From a virus: a DNA stretch of 61,056 nucleotides. The DNA lies in IMG/VR virus record IMGVR_UViG_3300012080_000001, positions 1-61,056 of that record; one strand, given 5' to 3'. The position numbers and the translations under genes are program-made. Under the pieces are notes generated by a model, which saw only the letters and a list, made by a program, of their open reading frames with translations, did no database searches and was not told the DNA's origin. Numbering within the stretch: position 1 is the first letter of the stretch; every line of letters begins with the position of its first letter. Positions 54,813 to 61,056 of the stretch are shown here, piece by piece.

Positions 54813-56894
54813 TTAAACTTGGCACGCAAGACATGTATCTGCACCTGTATCTTTTGTTCGTGCATAGTAAAGTGTCTTGATTCCTTTATGATGAGCGTAT
54901 AAATCAATCTTCGTTAAATCTCGCGTTGTCATTGTGTCACGTAGGAACAATGTAAAACTAATGCCCTGATCAACATGTCGTTGTATCGTTGCAATTAAAT
55001 CAACAACATTTCTCATATCCATTTCATACGCTTCTTTGTAGTACCCCCATGTCTTATATGACAGGTTTGGCATTGGATAGTATGTTTTCGAATTACCATA
55101 AGTTCGTTCTTCGATACGCTCCATAATTGGCATAACGCTCGCTGTTGCAGATTGTACATAACTTATTGAGCCTGTCGGAGCAATTGCAAGGCGATAAGCA
55201 TTATATAAGCCATATTTAGCTACATCGGCTACTAATTCCATCCAGTCGTCTGTTGTAGGTAACTCGATGCCGTCAAATAAAGATGCAATGTACTCGTCTT
55301 TCGGTAAATAACTATTGTTGACGTAGTCTAAGAAGTAACTACCATCGGCATAACTCGACTTTTCAAATCCTAAAAATACAGTTTCTTTTTGTTTTGCTAT
55401 CTCCATTGAACGTTTAATAGAGTAATAGTTAACTGCAGCAAAGAATACATCTGCAAATTCAATGGCTTTTGAGCTTTCATAGTCAATTCCTACACTCGCT
55501 AGATAGCCATGTAAGTTCATAGCACCTAAACCAATCGAATGCATTTCCTTATTTGCTTTTGAAACTGCTGGAGCATTTGTAATATTTGTTGCCTCAGACA
55601 CAATTGTTAAAGCATCTGTAGCTAAAGATACTACACGGTCAATGTCTTTTAACCGCATAATATTAGCAATATTCAATGATCCTAAATTACATGAAATGTC
55701 TAATCCGATTTCATCTTGTTGTCCATAATCTGTGTACGTTGATTGCTCGGATAATTGTAAAATCTCACTGCACAGATTTGAAAATTTCACAGTTCCATTT
55801 AAAGCATGAGCTTCGTTCACATTGTCACTAAACATAATATAAGGATAGCCCGACTCAAAGCGTAATGCTGCAATCTTTTCAAGTAATTGTCGTGGATTAA
55901 CTTTGTCTTTTCGTATTGCAGGATTAGTTACTAACTCCTCATATCGTGATGATATGTCTATATCAGAGAAGCGTTCCCCTGTAGCCATTTCTACAGTATG
56001 TGGATAGAAAATGTAAGCTGGTTTATTCTCTCTAGCAAGTTCGATAAACTTATCTGGAATAACAACGCCAATTGATAGCGTTTTTACTCGTACATCTTCA
56101 TCAGCACTAATTTTTTTCGTATCAAGAAAGTCGTTAATATCTGCGTGAAAGACATTTAAATAGGCTGCTCCAGCACCAGGGCGCTGGCCCATTTGATTTG
56201 CATACCGAAAAGCATGGTCAAGCATTTTCATAACGCCAACAACGCCTTTTGAAACGTTTCTAATACCCTTGATGGACTCACCTTTAGCTCGGATATTGGA
56301 TAAGTTTAGTGATACGCCTCCGCCTACTTTTGAAAGCTGTTTAGCTGTTGATTCTGCCATATTAATATCGTTTAAGCTGTCGCCTACTTCCGTTAAAAAA
56401 CAAGATACTAGTTCACCTCTGCGTTTACGTCCTACATTTAAAAACGTAGGTGTCGCTGGTTGGTACTCCTGTTCGATAAGTAAGTCGGCATAATCGAGCG
56501 CCTTTTGCGGATCACCTTCTGCAAAAAATAAAGCATTTACTGCGATGCGATCCTCGTATCGTTCTAAAATACACTCTTTATCATCTGTCATTAATGCGTA
56601 ATCATTATAAAACTTGTATGCGGACATGAAAGAAGGAAAACGGAATTTCTTCGCATAAGCACGTTTATAGACAGCTTTTACTTGTTCAAAGGTATACTGT
56701 TCGAATAACTCTTGTTCGTAATAATTGTTTTCAAATAAATAGTTGAGCTTTTCGCGCAAGTTATGGAAAAACATCGTCTTTTTATTAACGTAATCTAAAA
56801 AGTAAGCGCGTGTTGCTTCCTGATCTTTTTCGTATTGATAAATGTCTTTATCGCCTTGTAGCATTATTTCGTTATTTAATTCGTAGTATCGCAA
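54813..56894 (-). CDS. nrdE: Ribonucleotide reductase class Ib alpha subunit
   Basis: 693 aa; NLCSEI and C-terminal YYARTKD...CLACQV features. Confidence 0.9.
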   Translation of the reverse strand: MRYYELNNEIMLQGDKDIYQYEKDQEATRAYFLDYVNKKTMFFHNLREKLNYLFENNYYEQELFEQYTFEQVKAVYKRAYAKKFRFPSFMSAYKFYNDYALMTDDKECILERYEDRIAVNALFFAEGDPQKALDYADLLIEQEYQPATPTFLNVGRKRRGELVSCFLTEVGDSLNDINMAESTAKQLSKVGGGVSLNLSNIRAKGESIKGIRNVSKGVVGVMKMLDHAFRYANQMGQRPGAGAAYLNVFHADINDFLDTKKISADEDVRVKTLSIGVVIPDKFIELARENKPAYIFYPHTVEMATGERFSDIDISSRYEELVTNPAIRKDKVNPRQLLEKIAALRFESGYPYIMFSDNVNEAHALNGTVKFSNLCSEILQLSEQSTYTDYGQQDEIGLDISCNLGSLNIANIMRLKDIDRVVSLATDALTIVSEATNITNAPAVSKANKEMHSIGLGAMNLHGYLASVGIDYESSKAIEFADVFFAAVNYYSIKRSMEIAKQKETVFLGFEKSSYADGSYFLDYVNNSYLPKDEYIASLFDGIELPTTDDWMELVADVAKYGLYNAYRLAIAPTGSISYVQSATASVMPIMERIEERTYGNSKTYYPMPNLSYKTWGYYKEAYEMDMRNVVDLIATIQRHVDQGISFTLFLRDTMTTRDLTKIDLYAHHKGIKTLYYARTKDTGADTCLACQV

Positions 56895-57241
56895 ATCACC
56901 AGCAACCTTTCGTTAAAAATTCGTACATCTTCATCTGTACCTGCTAACTCAAATTTGTGTAGTAGAGGTACGCCATATTGCTGTGAAATTAAGTCGCCTG
57001 CTTTTCCGTAATTGTCCCCCCAATTACGATTGCCACTAACGACTACCCCTCTTAACAGCTTATAATTACGCGTCAACCATGCGTCAACTTCTTTAGGAAC
57101 TTCGCCGAAACCAAACGTATATGTGATGAGTACAAACGGTTCTTTTGGAATTGCATCAGAAGTAATGTCAATTGCTTCTACACCAATCTTTCCGACGAAC
57201 CGTCGCACATTTCCCGTCATACTGGCGTAGTAGACTTTCAT
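56876..57241 (-). CDS. nrdI: NrdI flavodoxin-like protein
   Basis: 121 aa; MKVYYASMTGNVRRFV N-terminus; upstream of nrdE. Confidence 0.8.
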   Translation of the reverse strand: MKVYYASMTGNVRRFVGKIGVEAIDITSDAIPKEPFVLITYTFGFGEVPKEVDAWLTRNYKLLRGVVVSGNRNWGDNYGKAGDLISQQYGVPLLHKFELAGTDEDVRIFNERLLVICDTTN

Positions 57242-57528
57242 GTTTCCTCATCCTTACCGATATTTCCTCTAAACATAACGACAATCAGTGCCAACAATCC
57301 GAATACCTTTGGCAAGTCGCCATTTTCTATTTGAGTCAGACCTAGCGCATTAAACGCCTGAATCACATAATCACCTGTAAATAATTCGAGTACAGACCCT
57401 AACGCCATTCCGATTAGTAGCACTAATAACGGAGCAGCTACAAAAGATGCTACAAGAAATATAATTAATACGATACTTGCTAGGCTAGTTAAGATAAATC
57501 CTACCGGCTTTCGTTGCTTTAGCTTCAT
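57238..57528 (-). CDS. Small membrane protein
   Basis: 96 aa, multi-TM. Confidence 0.4.
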   Translation of the reverse strand: MKLKQRKPVGFILTSLASIVLIIFLVASFVAAPLLVLLIGMALGSVLELFTGDYVIQAFNALGLTQIENGDLPKVFGLLALIVVMFRGNIGKDEET

Positions 57529-58025
57529 TAGTCAATTACTCCTTTTCGTTTCAAATAGATGATTCCGACAGCAATAGCATCAGCTTCGTCCCCTTCTTTA
57601 TTTAAGGGTAAATTCGCATCGTTAAAATAAATACGAACTGCTTCGGCAATCATCGCTTTATCGTTACGTCTTCCTGGCGATTCTGTAAGTCGTCTCGCCC
57701 ATGCTTTAACTGTTGCAATATTTACATCTTCGATTTCATAGTTAGCTAAGGCATATTCAGTAGCTCCATGAGCCTTAAATATTTGTTTGGTAGGTAAATT
57801 AAATCGAACAATTCCTGCCTCGCGAGGTATGACATTATCTACGTCATACTTGCTCAGTAAACTATAGATACCATCTACAATTTGTCTAAGACGCTCACCA
57901 TCTGTTAATTTTGAATTTGTTTTTATCAGTCCGTAATCGACAACTTTTGCTTTACTATTTTGGACAGACAATACTGACCATCCTGACTTAGTCAGCGAAG
58001 TGTCTAATGCAAGAATTTGTATAAT
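57528..58025 (-). CDS. ruvC: RuvC-like Holliday junction resolvase; probable non-AUG (AUU/AUA) start
   Basis: The frame upstream of the first ATG (57971) encodes IIQILALDTSLTKSGWSVL, which holds the catalytic-Asp motif. No ATG/GTG/TTG is in frame. GAGGGTG SD lies 4 nt before ATT, which overlaps the upstream TAA. C-terminal DEADAIAVG. Confidence 0.6.
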   Translation of the reverse strand: MIQILALDTSLTKSGWSVLSVQNSKAKVVDYGLIKTNSKLTDGERLRQIVDGIYSLLSKYDVDNVIPREAGIVRFNLPTKQIFKAHGATEYALANYEIEDVNIATVKAWARRLTESPGRRNDKAMIAEAVRIYFNDANLPLNKEGDEADAIAVGIIYLKRKGVID

Positions 58026-59107
58026 TAAACACCCTCTGCTAAATAATTTCGTAGATTCGTATGATCTTGTTTACCTGCCATACTTGAAGTAGACATTGCC
58101 TTTTCAACATCATTCAATAGCGTTAATTCAGAGTCACTTAAAGTCTCTTTACAATGTTTTTTAAATGGACAGAAACCACATTTTGACGTCATTTCTACAT
58201 TTATTGTTGGTATTTCACCGCTGTACACGATATCTGCTTGTCTTGCTAAGTCGTCGAGTAATGATGTTTTCATTTCATCCGTGATATAAAAGTACATCGC
58301 TCGCATGTCGGGTAAAGGTTTGCCATTATGCCAAGTCTTTCGTGTTTTTGGAACAGATTTACGTTCCTCGTCACTAAACCAAGACGGCTTATGCATTGAT
58401 TCATAGACAATAAAACCTTCATTAATTCCGTATACAATAGCCTCTGCGGTAACTTGACGTAAATGGTCGTCTTGCGCTCCACTGAAATCTAACTTTCCAT
58501 TCATTTCAACGACGCCTGCTGCTTTAGTTTTGTATTCAAGGATGAATCGACGGTCAGGATCATTTGCATAGTTTAATATGCCGTCAGGTTTAACTGTAAT
58601 AGCGAATTTAACACCGTTATGCTCGATCACTTGTCGTACTTGCATTGCGTCTTCCATTGCATACTCTCCGGTAGACGTTGTTGCAAGCGTAAATATAGCT
58701 TCGTCTCCAAGTCGTTTCGGCATATGTGCAATGTCTAACTGTAAATATTCAATAACCGCACTACCTACACGTCGTTGACGACTACGAAACGGAATGTCTG
58801 GTGTCTTTTCTGTCTTTACTTTTGCATTTTTAAAGACGATTTCACGATCGCATTTATTCGTACCTGAGGCTCCAAATGTAATCAGTTCATCACTCGGATA
58901 TGGCGTATACTTTAGATGATTTAAACGTTGTTCATAAAATTTCTTAGCGATTTTATTATCGTGAAAACTCGCGTTAGGTGCAGCGTAATAGGCGTCCATT
59001 TGTGTGATGAAAGCCTGCGCTATTTCCGCGCCTTCTTCATGAATGGCTGTTATTGTTGCAGAGGCATCTCCGTATAATGCATTTAGTGCGTCGTTATTTT
59101 GTATCAA
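58025..59107 (-). CDS. PD-(D/E)XK nuclease with a Cas4/AddB-type Fe-S cysteine cluster
   Basis: FILEYKTK core; C...CGFCPFKKHC. Confidence 0.6.
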   Translation of the reverse strand: MIQNNDALNALYGDASATITAIHEEGAEIAQAFITQMDAYYAAPNASFHDNKIAKKFYEQRLNHLKYTPYPSDELITFGASGTNKCDREIVFKNAKVKTEKTPDIPFRSRQRRVGSAVIEYLQLDIAHMPKRLGDEAIFTLATTSTGEYAMEDAMQVRQVIEHNGVKFAITVKPDGILNYANDPDRRFILEYKTKAAGVVEMNGKLDFSGAQDDHLRQVTAEAIVYGINEGFIVYESMHKPSWFSDEERKSVPKTRKTWHNGKPLPDMRAMYFYITDEMKTSLLDDLARQADIVYSGEIPTINVEMTSKCGFCPFKKHCKETLSDSELTLLNDVEKAMSTSSMAGKQDHTNLRNYLAEGV

Positions 59108-59108
59108 A

Positions 59109-59396
59109 TTATTTCGCCTCCCTTGCTTGTTTTACTGCATCAAATACCTCCGTAATATTACAGATACCATTGATTCGCGCCATTTCCATCCCGTTGCGCT
59201 CAAAAATCATGACTGGTACACTGGTAATTTTATATTGGTCGATTAGCTCTGTTTCCTGGGTAATATCATGATTAATTACCGTTACGCCAAGTGCTTCTAA
59301 TTCCGTCATTTCTTCGGCAAGCGCATAGCCTAATACTTGGCATGGACGGCAATTTGGCTTTGATAATTTTCTAATTGTAATTTGCGTCATTTCCAC
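59109..59396 (-). CDS. Thioredoxin/glutaredoxin-like protein
   Basis: CRPC redox motif; GTG 59396 after AAGGAGG (ATG at 59390 is an alternative). Confidence 0.6.
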   Translation of the reverse strand: MEMTQITIRKLSKPNCRPCQVLGYALAEEMTELEALGVTVINHDITQETELIDQYKITSVPVMIFERNGMEMARINGICNITEVFDAVKQAREAK

Positions 59397-59397
59397 G

Positions 59398-61056
59398 TTA
59401 ATCCTCCTTGTTTTTGAACCATTCATTTACTGACATACCTTCTCCCCAACGTAAGCTGATTTCAAGGTCGGTTTTATTTGGAACATTTAATTTAACCGTA
59501 TTTAGCATTACTGCCTCAAACTCTGCTACTTCTTCTCGTGTAATCGTAGCTGGTACGTAAAGCCCGATTTCATCGTGAATACTAAATGCAGGGAACCAGT
59601 TTCCTTTACTCTTACAAAGTTTACTAACTTCGATCATCGTTTTCTTCGTCTGTATTGCGGCACTTCCTTGAACATAGCTGTTCTTAACCTGTCGTTCTGC
59701 TCGTGCCTTTTCTCGATAGTCTCTCGATTTAATTAAAGGTACTCGACGTTTCCGGTCAAACAGCATACGAATGTATCCATGCTTTTTAGCATGATTTACT
59801 AACCCGTTCATGAAGTCACGAACACTCGTATATTCTTCATAAAAATCATCAATAAACTTCTGTGCTTCTTCTTTTGTAATACCTAGTTGCTTACCAAGTG
59901 TGTAAGGGCCTGTTCCGTACATAACCGCAAGCATCCCTGTTTTCATCATTTTGCGGTATTTCGAACCATCACCACATTCTTCTGGCGGTTTCTTAAATAA
60001 TTTGGACGCAGCCATTGTATATAAGTCTTGTCCTGTATTATAAATTTCAGTTAAGTACGGTTCTCCGCTAGCATGGGTCAGTATTCTCGGCTCTTGTTGT
60101 GAAAAGTCTCCGCTAAGAATAACGTAGCCCTTCGGCGCAATAAACATTGTCTTTGCAATCGCAGGTAGGTTTTGTAGATTCGGTTCTCGACTACTAAATC
60201 GCCCTGTATCTGTAGTGTCCTGATTAAATTCACCATGTACACGTCCATCTGACTGAACCTGTCTAGGCATACTGTCAAAGTAAGTACCAAACGTTTTTGA
60301 TGCTGCACGATATTTTAATAACATTGCTACACCGCCGTGATGATTAGCGAGTATTTGTAAGGCTGTTTTATCGGTTGAATAATACCCGTTATCCCCTCGT
60401 TTTAAGTCAGTTTTCTTAAAGTGTTTATCCAGTTTAAGTTGATCGTATAAAAGAGAGCGTAATTGCAATGTACTATTAAAGTTAAATTCTTCGTCCACTC
60501 CGAATGATTTTCGCATTTCAACATCAAGGTTATCTAACTTCTTTTTTTCTTCGGTAGCTAATTGCTCTACACGATTATGGTCTAAGTACAGCCCCGCACG
60601 CTCCATATCAACTACAACTGAAATCAGCGGATTCTCTACTGTCATGTAATACTCATATAACTGCGTTTGTTTTAAGTAATGACGTTGAAAGTCTCGCAGT
60701 TTAACGGTAATGTCACCATCTTTAGCTGCATAAGCAAGTGCTAAATCCATCGGAACTTGTTGAAAGCCTTGTTTGCCGAATAATTGACCGTATTTTAACG
60801 AAGGTATTTTAAGGTATTTCGTTGCTAATTCTTTCAGTGCCTTACTTTCTTCGTTTTCATTCAGTACATGACAAGCTACTTGCGTATCGAATTCAAGCCC
60901 TCGTAAATCGACACCCTCATTTCGCAACATGTGAATATCAAACTTTGCGTTGTGCGCGATTTTACCAAGTGATTCGTTCTCATAGTAAGGCTTTAATCTC
61001 TGTATAACGTAGTCGTGTTCTAGTTGCTGTATATCTGTTTCGTGCTTAGTTGGTAT
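59398..61056 (-). CDS. polA: DNA polymerase I (family A), polymerase domain; 5' part of the gene is at 1..612 (last 123 nt duplicate 1..123)
   Basis: Motif A ILSGDFSQQEPR, motif B RKMMKTGMLAVMYG, motif C FSIHDEI. Confidence 0.9.
   Translation of the reverse strand: MPTKHETDIQQLEHDYVIQRLKPYYENESLGKIAHNAKFDIHMLRNEGVDLRGLEFDTQVACHVLNENEESKALKELATKYLKIPSLKYGQLFGKQGFQQVPMDLALAYAAKDGDITVKLRDFQRHYLKQTQLYEYYMTVENPLISVVVDMERAGLYLDHNRVEQLATEEKKKLDNLDVEMRKSFGVDEEFNFNSTLQLRSLLYDQLKLDKHFKKTDLKRGDNGYYSTDKTALQILANHHGGVAMLLKYRAASKTFGTYFDSMPRQVQSDGRVHGEFNQDTTDTGRFSSREPNLQNLPAIAKTMFIAPKGYVILSGDFSQQEPRILTHASGEPYLTEIYNTGQDLYTMAASKLFKKPPEECGDGSKYRKMMKTGMLAVMYGTGPYTLGKQLGITKEEAQKFIDDFYEEYTSVRDFMNGLVNHAKKHGYIRMLFDRKRRVPLIKSRDYREKARAERQVKNSYVQGSAAIQTKKTMIEVSKLCKSKGNWFPAFSIHDEIGLYVPATITREEVAEFEAVMLNTVKLNVPNKTDLEISLRWGEGMSVNEWFKNKED

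Noticed and set aside
60934-61056. 123-bp terminal repeat considered as a biological direct terminal repeat or cos region
   Set aside because: It lies inside the DNA polymerase coding sequence and exactly restores its reading frame when collapsed. This is the behaviour expected of an assembler overlap on a circular or circularly permuted molecule.

Overview
The window is a complete, circularly closed replicon. Bases 1..123 are identical to 60934..61056, so the unique length is 60,933 bp, and collapsing the overlap restores one family-A DNA polymerase ORF. The content is a low-GC temperate phage of Firmicutes (Bacillus-like) with a PBSX/Xkd-type contractile tail. I infer the host group from gene families only; no database search was possible.

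Modules, mostly on the minus strand:
- Replication: PolA, SSB-like protein, primase, DnaB helicase, DnaC-like loader, RuvC, Hjc-like nuclease, Cas4-like nuclease.
- Nucleotide metabolism: nrdE, nrdF, nrdI, thioredoxin-like protein, ThyX-like protein, dimeric dUTPase.
- DNA modification and transcription: a C5-cytosine methyltransferase and phage sigma-like factors.
- Morphogenesis: TerS-like, TerL, portal, scaffold, capsid, sheath, tube, tape measure, baseplate, fibres.
- Lysis: XhlA, holin, M15 endolysin.

No integrase is visible. Instead there is a plasmid-style maintenance set: a Rep-like gene, parM/parR with upstream iterons, and a small serine resolvase with a res-like site. This suggests a phage-plasmid lifestyle.

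Most notable signals:
1. The tape measure gene is interrupted by a 250-nt ORF-less intervening sequence. It has group-I-like P1/P10/Q features but a non-canonical core.
2. nrdF carries a textbook ORF-less group I intron.
3. A frameshifted TnpB (IS605/IS1341-type) unit with a candidate omega-RNA sits inside the par locus. On its right it abuts a relic second allele of the parR 3' end.
4. An HNH endonuclease with about 11 tandem HTH (NUMOD-like) modules lies between terL and portal.
5. A resolvase/res/secreted-protein cassette separates terS from terL.
6. A second initiator-like gene has 3x22-bp iterons.
7. An AT-rich accessory island carries GNAT-like and HExxH genes.

All functional calls come from motif recognition by eye and need homology searches.
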